This document shows, piece by piece, positions 49,813-61,994 of a stretch of 64,000 nt of DNA (its first letter is position 1; each line of letters starts with the position of its first letter). The translations under genes and the position numbers were made by a program. Origin of the DNA: Fonticula alba ATCC 38817 (lineage: Eukaryota; Protista; Nucleariida); the NCBI GenBank assembly GCA_000388065.2, contig KB932201.1; one strand, given 5' to 3'. A model generated the notes under the pieces. It worked only from the letters and a program-made list of their open reading frames with translations, was not told the DNA's origin and did not search any database.

Positions 49813-49941
49813 ATGTCTGTACATCTCGCACGTCGCTTTGTGACCGATGAATAGCTTGCCGAGCGCACCGGGCTCCTCTGTCGGGACGAAAGTGTCCAAG
49901 GTCTGCGTTTCTTCCGGAACCACTTCCAGACGGCGCTCTAG
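46230..49941 (+). CDS. VPS36: ESCRT-II subunit VPS36/EAP45 with a long Pro/Tyr/Gly-rich N-terminal extension; final exon 49855-49941
   Basis: GLUE domain (DPFQFT; HSQADIALYFG|N; TLTSHRVLF; IHLSFRAGGQ.AF...L.KAL.RRDW), SDLETLM.RA, LQDLGITSPVTR, ITLTDLFCDFNRARG, LVSPADL, and the terminal LAERTGLLCRDESVQGLRFFRNHF* that matches the VPS36 C-terminus. Confidence 0.93.
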
Positions 49942-50191
49942 GCTGGCTTTGGAATTACGTCCTATAGCACTGTCAGTGAAATATAAGCCCACCCACACGC
50001 ACACACATACACACACCTCCTCTGGCCTCACTCGATTCCGCCCCCCCTTCAGCCTCTCACTCCTGGCAAAAGAGGAGCATACCTGTGGGGTAGGCTCTGC
50101 AGGTGTATTTGTATCACGTGTACACGTGCTCCTCCATGTGTTCGGGCGACATCATGGCATCCGCGGCCCTTTTCCCCCGCTCGCCGGCTCT

Positions 50192-50226
<35 letters not shown>

Positions 50227-50559
50227 AGACCCGCGCGGGCATGCCTTTGCCCCGGACCAGACCGGAGAGATCTTGACCCCGAGCCCGTGAGGCGTGCCCC
50301 CCCCCCCCCCCCCGCCCGTGCCTGAGGCCGCGCCTCTGTGGTGGAGCCTGCCAGTGGCGAGCCACAGTGGCACACCACTTCACAAGGAGGGTGAAGAGGC
50401 ACTGCTTGATCGTTGATGACTCTGAACACATCCTTTCAATAAGTCCCCCCTCATCTCTCCCTCTCTTCCTCTCTTCCTCTCTCGTTCTACTCGCACATAA
50501 CCTTTCCTCGCCCACCTCTCTGCTCTCCTCCCTGCTCCCCCTCTTCCACAACTTTAACC

Positions 50560-52379
50560 ATGGAGAACGAGACCCCGAAGCGGACCAATCCACGGAGGGC
50601 TGCCACTATGAAGTCTGCAACCACCCCCAACGCTGCCACCACTCCCCGGGCTGCTACCCTTCGGGCTGCTACCTCTCGGGCTGCCACCCCTCGGGCCACC
50701 ACTCCGAGGGCCGCGAAGACCCCGGCCACCCCGAAGACCCCGGCCACCCCGAAGGCCGCCGCCACCCCCAAGGCCACTGGTCGCAAGCAGCCTCTGGCGA
50801 AGAAGACTGATGATCTCCCAGCTGAGGTCGAGACTCCGGCTGACGTTGAGGCCCCCACTTCTACCGAGACTCCCGCTGCTGCCGAGACTCCCGCTGCTGC
50901 CGAGACTCCCACTTCTACCGAGACTTCTGCTACTGCCGAGACTCCCGTTGTTGCTGAGACTTCCGCTGTTACCGGGACTCCTGCTACCAATGGCACTACC
51001 ACTGTAGATGCGGCCCCCACCACTGAGGAGGCCTCTACTGTTGCCGAAACTCCTGCTACTCCGGCTGGCAACAAGCGTAAGGCCACCGCCGTCGCCTCGC
51101 CAGCTGCAAAGAAGGCGAAGCAAACCCCTGTCAAGGAAGAAGCCCCGGCTCAGGAGGCGGCGAAGCCGACTGTCACTCGCTTTGACAGCGACGATGATGA
51201 CGATGATGCAGTTCCTCTGGTTCCCGTTCCGACGGTGGCCAAGCCCTTCAGCCAGTACTCTTCCATCTATGCCCCGATTTCAGACGATGAGGATGACGAT
51301 GCCGCGCCGGAGAGCGTGTCGACCTCGATCTCCACCGCCTCGGCCAAGGAGCTGCTGCTGAAGGAGCGTGCCGCTTCGCGCCTGGCCAAGGAGGCGGCCA
51401 TCCGGCGCCTGGTGGCCATCGAGGAGCGCAATCGTCGGCAGCGCGAGGCCAAGACCCGCCGTCAGCAGGCCCTGGAGCTGAGTGCCGCTGGGCCGGCTGG
51501 TTCGGACTCCGAGTCTGAGGATGCCCCTTCGGTGGCGTCGGCCCCGCTTCCGGCGACCACCGAGCTGGACCTCGGTCTGCTGGAGCAAGCGGTGGCCTAT
51601 GATGCCGGGCTGGAGGAGCGTCAGCAGGCGACTGCCGCGCGGGATGCCTTTTCGGAGGACTTTGCCCGTCAGCAGCGCGCTGCTTCGTCGACCTCCATCG
51701 GCCAGGTGATCGCGCGTAAGCTCGGCGATCGGACGCAGGTGGTGGTGTTCGATGACGATGAGGATGATGGCGCGACTGTTCCCGGGGCTGCTCTGCTGGC
51801 TCCGCCCATTGACAAGCGCCGTGTTGACAAGGCCATGCACTTCCGCAATGCCGCTCTCAGTCGGTCTTCGCATCGCACTCCGGCTGGTGCGTGGTGGGCT
51901 TCTTTTTTCTTCTTTTCCTTTTTTTTTTCCCCTTCCCCCTTCGGGCTTTTGCATGGGCTTTTGGCGCCTCCATCGCCTGTCTAACGGCCTCCCTGTCGGC
52001 TCATCTCCCCGGCGCCTTCCCTTCCTTCGCTCGCATCACAGCCAATGCCCGCACCGGGTCAGGCGCGCCGCTTTTCTTTTCCAACTACTCAGACTCCCAG
52101 ACCCAAGCCCTGCGCGCGAAGAATGCCCACGCGTCGCGTCTGCGCGCCATCAAGCGAACCCTCTCTCGCGGGATGGACTCCCTTGGGAAGCTGACCAGCT
52201 CGCAGGAGGCGGGCTCTGCCCCGGCCATGACCCTCGACAAGCTTGTGGCCGTGGAGGCCTCTCGATCCAAGGCGGTGGCGGGCGCCCTCAAGCGTCCGGC
52301 TGCCGGCAAGAAGGGTGGCGCTCACTCGCGCTCGCGCAAGCTCGTGCAGAAGCTCCTGGCCTCGAACAAGACCGTCTGA
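50560..52379 (+). CDS. Hypothetical nuclear/nucleolar-type protein with basic TP(R/K) repeats, acidic ETP repeats and a DDDAAPESVS motif (possibly NOL7/Bud21-like); exons 50560-~51887, ~52041-52379
   Basis: 474-codon ORF plus a GTGCGT..CAG intron to a basic last exon. DEDDDAAPESVS followed by a charged helix resembles the 'DDEAPEE' motif of small-subunit processome proteins. The CDS is well supported; the family identity is weak. Confidence 0.6.
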
Positions 52380-52395
52380 GAGGTGTGTTGCGCGC

Positions 52396-52426
<31 letters not shown>

Positions 52427-52583
52427 TGCGCGCGCGCGCTTGCGGTGAGGAGCGCCCAATGAGACTTGTCCTCCTTCGTCCTTCCCTCCCTCTTCCCTCG
52501 TCATCTTAGCCGGCTCAGAGTACCGGTGAGACAAGAGGGGAAGGGGATGCCAGCTCCCAAGCCCATGCTCAAATCACCTCACC

Positions 52584-52632
<49 letters not shown>

Positions 52633-53281
52633 TACAGACAAACAAACAAACGTGCACATCCACACGCGCGTGCGGCATGCGCCCATGTGTACCACGCGTC
52701 TCTGTACACCCCGGCGCACCGAGATCCCAGCGCACTAGGCCCGTTGGCAATAGAATACAATAATCACATGAGTTGAGACCGTTTCTTCCTGCACTTCCAG
52801 ACAAAAGCCCAGCGGCGCTGATGTATCGCAACCAGACGAGGGGGGGGGGGGGCGGGGGAACAGGAGAACGACTCCCTCACGCGCGGTGCGCGCTTGCACG
52901 GTGGAGAAGGCGGCCAAGGGACCGTGCCCCGCCGGGAGGAGGGGCCCCACGGGGGGAAGATCGCCGCCCTGGGAATCGATCCTAAGATCTCTCCCCACTT
53001 GCTGAGCGCACCCCCTGGCCGAGGCAGTTTGCAACACGCCCTCTCGTTGAGGCGACCCCGGGCCCTCGCTCTCTCTCTCTCTCTCTGGAGTCCAGAAGTC
53101 TCAACGGAGAAACAGAGAGAGGGGGGATCTGATGTCGCGGCGCACCATGCACAACTGTGAGTGCTTGACAGTGCATCTCCTCCATCCTCCCACCATCTCT
53201 TCAATCTCTGCCCCCGCCTCCATCCCTTCGACACCGCTTGTGCACACAGACTCTCCCCTCGCCCCCTCCCCCCGACACAAC

Positions 53282-56068
53282 ATGGCTCCCAGGCGCAAGG
53301 CGGTTGAGACCGCCGTCGCCCCCGAGCCGCCGACTGCCGAGACGTCGACCGCTCCTCCCACCCCGACGGCCCTCGCGCCCGAGCCCCTCTCAGCCGAGCA
53401 GCTGGAGATCCAACAGCAGCTGGCCTGCTTGCGGAGCCCGCTCGGCCAGGCTGTCAGCCAGATTCTGCAAGATGCCCAAGTGTCGGCAGCGAACTCCCGG
53501 CGGGCGCTGCACCTCCTGCGAGCGGAGCATGTTACCCACGGCACTGAGGCCTTCATGGAGGTCATGTGTGTGCTGCTGCTGCGAGTGCTGTCGATCCGGC
53601 GGCGCGAGGCCTCGGTCGAGCGCCTGGTCAAGCTGTTTGCCAATTACGGCGAGTTTCTCCAGAAGCGTAGTCGTGTGGCGCAGGACGCCAGCCAGTCAGT
53701 CGCCGAGGATGGCGAAGCCCGGCCCCCGGCCAAGACGGCCGACCGCCGCTCCAAGCGTCTGCGTGAGGAGGACCAACTTCACTACACCCTGGGCACTGAA
53801 TACAATGAGGCGCTGTTGCGCTTCCTTCTGCGCGGTGTGGACTCCCGCAATAAGCTCATCCGCTTTCGCATCTGCCAGCTATGCGTGTATCTGATCGTCA
53901 ACATCAGCGACCTGGAGTACGTGCATCCATTTTGCCCCTCCTCTCCTATCTTTTGTCGTCCTCTCTCTCTCCCGCTCTCCCCTCCTCTCTCTCTATATAT
54001 ATACATCTCCCTCGGCAGGTTCACTCTTCGTGGCTCTGCGTCCTTTCTTTCTTTTTCTCACGCCTACCCGTACACACGCTCACACGCGCACACGCGCGCG
54101 GGCTTGCCTGGCCCCTCTGCCCAGCCCTGACCTGTATGAGGAAGCGCTCGACCGGGTTGGCGCGCGGACGAACGACGTGGATTCGCTCGTGCGCATCCAG
54201 TCGGTGTACTTCCTGTCCAATTTCCAGGGGAGTGTCCTTGACGATGACAGCGGGAATTTGGCCCCGCCCCCTCTGTCCCGGAGCATCTCCATGAGCGGGG
54301 CCATCTTGGACAACACCGAGGACCCGGAGGAGGACCTCATCATCCGGCGCTTCTCCGAACTCATTCGCGTGGATCAGAGTGGGTGCGTGTTTGGCTGTCT
54401 GCCAGGGGCATATGCGTCGGCCCTCCTCCGGCCGGCTCCCTTTCTCCTCGGGTCCTCCCCCCTATCTGTCTCGCCTGCCTGCCTGCCTGCCTGCCTGTCT
54501 GTCTCTGACCTCGACTGCGCCGGCTATGACGCGGACATGCATAGATCCGTGCGCAAGGCCGTCCTTGACAACATCGACCGGACGCCGCGTAACTCCCATG
54601 TCATCGTGGAGCGTAGTCGTGATGTGGACCCTCGCGTGCGGCGGTACCTCTTCCGGTGTGTACGCATCCCTTGTCGCCGCCCTTTTGCCCCGGGCTCCCG
54701 CCCTGTTCTGCCGGCGTCCGGCCCCGACTGATGGTCGTCCCCTTCCTCCGCAGCCGGATTGTCCCCCAGATTGAGGTGACCTTCTTTTCGCCCAAGCAGC
54801 GCGTGGTGCTGCTGGGCAATGGTCTACGCGATCAGGATGAGACCATTCGCAAGGCTTGCTCCCTGGCCTTGAATGGCTGGATTCGTGGCCACTACAAGTC
54901 CAACCTCCTGTCGGTATGTGCCTGCCGTGTGTGCTTGGGGGTCTCCTTTCGCGGGAGGTTCATTTGCCCATCCTCTTTGCTGCTTGCGGCTGACCACCAA
55001 CCATCCTCCTTTGGTCCATCGACCCCCCACTGTGCGCAGTTCCTCTCGGACTTTGATGTGCTCGAGCACGCTGACACCCTGTCCCTCGCCTTGCGGGCCT
55101 TCTTCAACGCCAACCCAAGTGTTGTCATGCCCATTGGTGCGTGGTGTGCCCTCGGCGCGAAGACCCAGACGGCGCACGTGCGCCCCTTCTGCCTGCCCTC
55201 ATTCCCCTTCTGACTCCGTCTGTGCCTCCTCCATCAGATACCCTGCTGCGGAGTCCGGTCCCCGACTCGGCTCTCCTAGCGCGGGCTTTCTGCGAGCACA
55301 TCTCAGAGAAGCCCTCGCCGCGTTATGACGAAGCGGTTCCCGAGTTGACGCGCGTGGCCACGGCCCTCATGCAGGTGTTCATGCGAATCCTGACCCTGTG
55401 TGCGGATCCCAGCCAGCAGGCCGCCACCATTGCCAGCCTGGTCATCACGGACCCCTTCAGCACGGAGGATGACCCGGCCGTTGAGGGGGGGGCTGGCGAT
55501 GGCCCGCCACTGGCGGCCGGCGGGGATTTCAGCCCGCGGCCGAGCTCGGCCGGTGACTTGTCGGCGCTGTCGACCCCAGGTCGGGGCAGTGTCCCGGGCT
55601 CCCCGGCACTCGGGAATCCCGGCCTCGGATCGCCAACTACCCCGATGGACGTCCAGCGCCGGTCCAAGCGCCTGGCCAATGCCGAGACCCAGAGCAGCGC
55701 CCGTCGGCATGGGTTGCGTTCGCCGCCGGCCGCCCCGGCCCTGTCCCCCTCGTCGGCGGTCACCGAGTTGGCCCAGTTGTCCTTCTGCTATCACCAGCTG
55801 CTGCTCATTTGCAATGTGCGTGCCATTGGGTTTGGTGTGTTGCTGGTCGGCGGTCTGTTAGTCCTGACGTGTCTCCCCTCGCCAGACCCTTGACACTTCG
55901 GATGAGGTGGGTCGCATGAACATGATGAGTCTCCTGGGGAAGATTATTGTCCAGCCGACCCTTTCCAGCAGTCTCTGGACCCCGACGGTTAAGTCCATGT
56001 GCAAGCTCCATGTGACCGAGCTGGACTTCGTCGAGTATGTTGCACCCCTGGAAAAGCTGGTGTTGCTT

Positions 56069-56120
<52 letters not shown>

Positions 56121-58313
56121 CGCGCCCCTTTTCTCGCTCTTTCCTTCCGGCTGCTCCGTTCACGCTGGCTGACCCTTCCAATTGCCTTCGCGATGCAGCA
56201 ATTGTGTCGAGCTCATCCATTCGATGCTGCGTTTCTCTGCCGAGAGCCCGATCCTGGAGCCCATCTTCCTGGAAAAGAGCCTCACCCTGTATCGCGACGC
56301 ATTGCGCCTGATCAATACGGTACGAGCACAGGCTTTGCCATTGCCCGGCACACGCACGGACGCACGTGCACCCACGCCCTTTTCCGAGGCACTCACATCC
56401 CTTTGCACGCCGTCCCTCGGTTGTAGCCGCTGTTCGAGCTTCCCGGCGCGGTGGACATGCTGAATGACTTTGTAAAGTGCCACACCCTGTCGGGGGATCC
56501 CAAGCTGCGTGTGCTGGCCTTCGAGTCCTATGGCGCGGCGGCCCTGCTGGATGTGCACCTGGCGACGGAAATGTTCGCCAGCTTTGCCGAGCTGGCCCGT
56601 GCCACCGAGGAGTCCATTGAGGCTCGGCAGACCGGTGTATTCGCCTGCTTTGACATTTTGCTGACGCATCGAGATGCACTGGTGCACCCGCCATCGTATG
56701 CTCCGGCGGTCGAGGACAGTGGCGAAACCAATGGCCTGCTCTCGGACGGTGCTGCCGGGGCTGACCAGAATGTTGTCAGTGTGCAGAATCCCTTCCTGGA
56801 CATGCTGCATTTGTTTGAGACCCTGTACGACGAGTACCACCACCAGTCGGAGGGGATTCCCGAGCTGGCGCGGGGGTCGTACACGGCGCAGGACACCCTC
56901 GTCCGGCATCCTGACACCCAAGCATCGCCGCTGGCACTGGAGCGGTATGATCGGCGGGTGGCCCTGGCCGAGGGAATCCCCGCGCGGGAACTCTGCAATG
57001 CCACGGCCCAGGGCCTATGTCGTGTGTTTGCCTGGGATGTGGTTGGCGAGGCGGCCCTGCCCCTGTTTGCCACCATCATCGCGCGCCTGCTGGAGTTGGC
57101 ACAGCACACGCACCCCCTGGCAAGCTTGGCCAGCCTGGCGGGTGATTCGGTGGGCACTTTGGCCGAGTCGGCGGCCCCCAAGCGCCGCACCGCGCGTGGG
57201 CGCAAACGTGCCACCGAAGCCGACGACACCCTGGAAGCCGGGCCCGAGGTCAAGGGCGAGGATGTGCCGGCTGGAGGTGCACCTGTGGCCCCGGCCGATG
57301 GCGTGCCCGGGTCGAAGCTTCCCCCGGTGGATGGTCTTGTCCTGTTCACGGATAAGACTCGCAGGTGGCTGTCCTCCGTGTCGAGCGAGGTGGCTCTCCT
57401 GCTGCCGGCGGTGCCGGGCCCAACCGGGACGGCTCGGGGTCGGGGCCGCGCGGGTCGGCGCGTGACGCGCCCGGCGGCCGAAACCCAGGCCGCCATCGCT
57501 GCCGCTGAAGCCGAAGCCATCGAGGCTGCTGCCGCCACACCAGGCCCGGAACCCACGACAGAGTTGGCCGTTGCTGCCACACCGGTCCCCGCGAGCCGGG
57601 ATGTCAGCCATCGACCGCGCCCGGCCACTGCAGGCATGCCCGGCGAATCGCCTGCTCCCGGGGCTGGATCTGTCCCTCGTGTTCCGCCGACCCCACGGTC
57701 TGGCGCCATTGCGCCGGTTCCCCTGTCGCCCATGTCGGCCAGCATGTCGGCCACTTCGCCGCCGCGGCCGGGGTCCGGCGGCTTCCCGGCTCCAGGTCGA
57801 CTGTCCTTCGGAATGGCGGACCTATCACCGATCATCGGGGGCAGTGCCGGCGGACAATCGCCCTTCCGCCTGGATCACCACTCCTTGGACCAGCCAATGT
57901 CGCCGTCGGCCGTGGCAGCGGCTCTGGCTGGTGGAGCCCCTCTGCGGCCAGCCTCTCCCCTGGCTGGCGGCTCGAGTGATCCCCGGCGGCCGAGCGGGCT
58001 GGCATCATCTTTGGGCATGGCGGTCCCACCGTCCCCGGTCCCGGCGGGTGGGGCCACGCCCTCTCGACGTGTGGGTGCCTCGGATTCGGCGACCGACCTT
58101 CACATGATGCTGCACCCGGGCCCGGGAGCGGCGCCGGCGAGTCCGACGACCAAGCGCGGCCGGCTGTCCGACCGGGCGGCCGCCCTAGTGGCCGATCCTT
58201 CGGATGATGGGGGAGCTCCCATTGACCCGGCGACTGACGAGGATGACGAGAACAATGAGCTGTCCCCGGCGAGCGGCACGCGCACGCGCAAGCGGCCGCG
58301 CCTCTCCGAGTAA
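53282..58313 (+). CDS. NCAPG: Condensin I HEAT subunit CAP-G (Ycg1/Cnd3); multi-exon
   Basis: SQILQDAQVS, RREASVERLVKLF, LLRGVDSRNKLIRFRICQL, LVRIQSVYFLSNFQ, SVRKAVLDNI, VERSRDVDPRVRR, KQRVVLLGNGLRD and LLICNV.D.SDEVGR are typical CAP-G HEAT motifs; the protein ends in a long disordered tail. Confidence 0.93.
56065..56124. repeat. (CT)n microsatellite abutting a perfect (CG)10 run in a CAP-G intron
   Basis: CTCTCT... from ~56065, then CG x10 at 56105-56124. Confidence 0.9.
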
Positions 58314-58581
58314 GCGCCCCCCCCCCCACCCAACCCCCCGCCCATACCGGGGATTGGTTTCCTCTGGCGCCGGGTGGAGACTGACCGGCCCAATGCACCC
58401 ATGGCCTTTTCCCATGTGTTTCTGGTGTGTCATTCCTCCACGAGACTTGGGCTGGAGGAGGCGTGCAGGCTGCTGAGAGGGAAGAGGGCGAGAGATGAGG
58501 AGACAGGTGCGGGGGGTGGGGGAGGAGGACGAACGAAAAAAAAAATGATGGTGGCATATGTTTATTTGCTACTCTCCTGGG

Positions 58582-58622
<41 letters not shown>

Positions 58623-58650
58623 AGACCACTGGAGGGATAATCCAGGTGGC

Positions 58651-61600
58651 TCACTTCTCGGATGGCTGAGGGCCAAAGCAAAGCGTGCCAGTCACGACCA
58701 ACTGGCCGTCGGCAGTGAAGCTCACCCCGGGGGCCTGCTCGACGGAGACCGGGATATTGGCCTGGGAAATGGGGAGTCGCGTAGTGGAGGAGGCACCGGC
58801 ACGGGCGGCGACCGCGACGGCACCCGCCACCACCGGCGCCTTGCTCGGGGCAAGGCCCATGGTGATGTGCGGCGCCCGGTTGCTGAAGGTCCAGCCAGCC
58901 TGCAGGGCATCTGGCAGGGCCACGCAGAAGGCCCCGGCCTGCTTGGGATCCAGGGCCAGGAGGTCCACGGTGAGCGCAACCTTGATGGGCGTGGTCGGGG
59001 CGCCAGCCGCCGCATGGAAGTCACGGATGGCCTGCAACATGCGACTCTCGGCAGTCGGCTTGGCCGGCGGGGTGTCTGTGTTTGTGACGAAGGGGGGGGG
59101 GGGAGGGGAGGGGGATCCCGGCAAGAGGGGGAGAGGAGCCAGAAACGCGAGGTGAGAAGTGATATTCAGGAGATGGGTGGAAAACTCGGGGGGGGAGGGG
59201 GGGGGCGTGTGTGCGCGTGCATGCGAAGGCGGACAACGAAGGCGGACAAACGTACACTTGTTTCCCAGGAAGACAAGCGTCACATGGAAGAGAGAGACAT
59301 CGCGCGGCGGCAGGCTGGAGAGAAGGTCCTTCGGCGTCATGTCGGAATACAGCTGATGCAGGAAGCGCGACACCCCCTTGTCCAGGAGAATCTGCAAGTA
59401 CAGCGGATGCCCGGGCTTGTGCCAGCCGATGGACTGCATGAACGGGTCCTCCGGGAGAGAGTCAGCGATCTTGGCATCGGCCAGCTGCTCGGCCAGACGA
59501 CCAAGCGCCTCGTCATCGGCCTGGGGAGGGCATGCGGCGGCAGCCGCCTGGGTGGCCGTCGCAATGAAAGCCGCCGTCAGCCCGGCCAGCGGGGCAAAGA
59601 CCATGTCCTTGGAAGAGGCGTCGACCCCGGGACGGTGCGCCAGCGGCTGGAGAGTCCGCAAAATGTGCCCCAGGACCTCGGCCACCGGAGCCCCATACGG
59701 GACCGGGAGGCACTCGTCAAAGAGGAGACCATCCTGCCCAAAGCGCCCAGTCGTCAGGGGAGTGCTCTCCGGGGAAAGGTCAAAGACCGAATGCCCCCCG
59801 ACCCCGGTGGCGGCCTGCACAGCGGCGAGAAGCCCAAGATCCGGACGCTCATACTCCTGGCCAAAGCGAGCCACCACGGCCCGGCGCTTGGCGAAGGGCA
59901 TGGCATCGAGCGAGGCATTCTCCTCGTTGCGACGCGTCACAAGGTTCTTCAGAGAGTGCTCCAGCAGGTCGGTCCCCTCGGCGAAGGCCCCGGCATCCGG
60001 CAAACGCCCGGGGGCCAGGAGAACAAGCAGCGCATCCGGGGCCACGCGCCGGACCAGCTGCACAACCGCCCCACGGTGAGCCAGGGTGTGGTTGTTCCGA
60101 TCGATGATCAGCACCTGCGGCTGAGCGGTCACCGGACGGCTGAGGGCCTCGGTCAGCCGGGCGAAGAAGCGCTCGCGCTTTCCATTGCACATGTCCTGAC
60201 TGATGCGCTCAACCTTCGGCGCGCCAGACAACCGAGGCAGGGTCTCGGCCAGCCAGTCGCCGATGGTGGACTTGCCGATGCCCGGGACACCCTGCATGAC
60301 CAGGACCAGGCGCCGGCCACGCGCCAGGCGCCCCTCGCGGGCGGTCTTCAACGCCTCGCCGAGGGCCGAGTGGAAGGCCGGCACATCCAATGCGGCAGCC
60401 GTCAGGGGCTCCGAAGCCAGCAGGTCCGCCACCGACACGGTCGGCTGCGACTCCAGCGTCTGCAGCTGGGCAAACACCTGGTTGGCCAGGTCCTCCGTGC
60501 GAGCAGCAGCCTTCATGGACCCAGTCGGCAGGGTGACCGACAGACGGGTCAGACGCGGGATGGCGGGCGACTTGGCAGCCAGCCCGGCCGCCTTGGCCGC
60601 CATGGCCAGGGCATCGGGCACCCCCTCGACAAGGGCGGTAAACTGCCCAGCCGGCAGGACAGCCTCCGACCGGTCAAAGGTGACGCGACAGGCAGCGCTC
60701 AGGGAATCGGCACGAGTGTTCGGATCCACCGTGGGAGACACAAGGAAGATGTGCCGCAGGGGGATGTCCTTAAGCGACCCCATGAGGGCCTTGAGGAAGG
60801 GCGCCAAATGCTGAGCATCCACCGGGGCCAGGACCGTGGGGTTGGTGAAGACACCGCCGGTGGCCCGGCGCGAGGTGCCGGTGGTGACCACCTTGCTGAC
60901 ATCGGCCGCCTGGAGGATGTGCCCCGGGGCCTTGTCCGTGGTCCGGGGAAGGACGACCGCATTGGCCGGGTTCAGGTGCAGCTTCCGGGCCAGATCCGCG
61001 GCAACATGCTCCGATAGCTTCTGCCCGGGCGTGGTAATCACCAGGAGGACCGTGGGGGTGGGGATCTGCGGGCCGATGGTGCTCTGCTCGCCGGGGGTCA
61101 GGCTGGAATTGATGTCGGTCATGTCATTGGCCCCGGTGGCACGGTAAAAGATGTTCCGCAGATCGACAATGCTGAGGGACTGCTGCAGGAGGGTGATGGA
61201 ATCCGAGCGCCGGGGGGAAGTTTGGGACAGAAGACGCCGAGTGGACAGCGAAAGGTAGGGCTCCGAACGGGCAATTTCCAGGATGGCCGCGTGGTTGTCG
61301 CGGATGTAGTCGAAGAAGGACCGAATCAGCGCCGGCTCCTTGGCCATGGTGGCCTTGTAGCGGCTGGCGATGCGCTCCGGCGGGTTCGGCTGGGCGAACC
61401 CCTGCTGCACCAGCGACCGCGCGCGCTTCCAAACATTGTAGTAGTTGGACTTGAGCTTGATCATGAAGCCGCTGCTGTCCTCCACCACCAGGCCCTCGGT
61501 CGGAAGCCCCACATGATATGTGGATGCCGAGCCATCGCCCATGGAGAAGGGCTCCAGCGAGTAGAGCAAATGCTCTCCGCGCCCGGGCAGGCCGGGATCA

Positions 61601-61946
61601 ACGCGTGCCCCGGGGCCCGGGGCCGGGCACCGGAAGAAGTAGTCATGATTCGCCTGGCGAGTGAAGGAGGCATAGGTATCCCAGTCGGGCAGAATGGCCA
61701 GAGGGGTCTTCAGCCGCAGGCCGAACTCCACGGCGAAGGCCCGGGTCTCCTCGAAAGGCAGGCGCAGCTCGGCACGGTCGGCCAGGTTGTTCCGGATCAG
61801 GTCCAGGAGGATGACATGCCCGACGTTGGTGTAGCCCGGCACATCGTAGTCGACGATGTGCGGATCGAGGACCGGATCGACAATCTCGAAAACTGCGCTG
61901 CACCCGAGCTCGTGGATGCGGCGAACATAGTCAACCTGATGAATGG

Positions 61947-61994
<48 letters not shown>

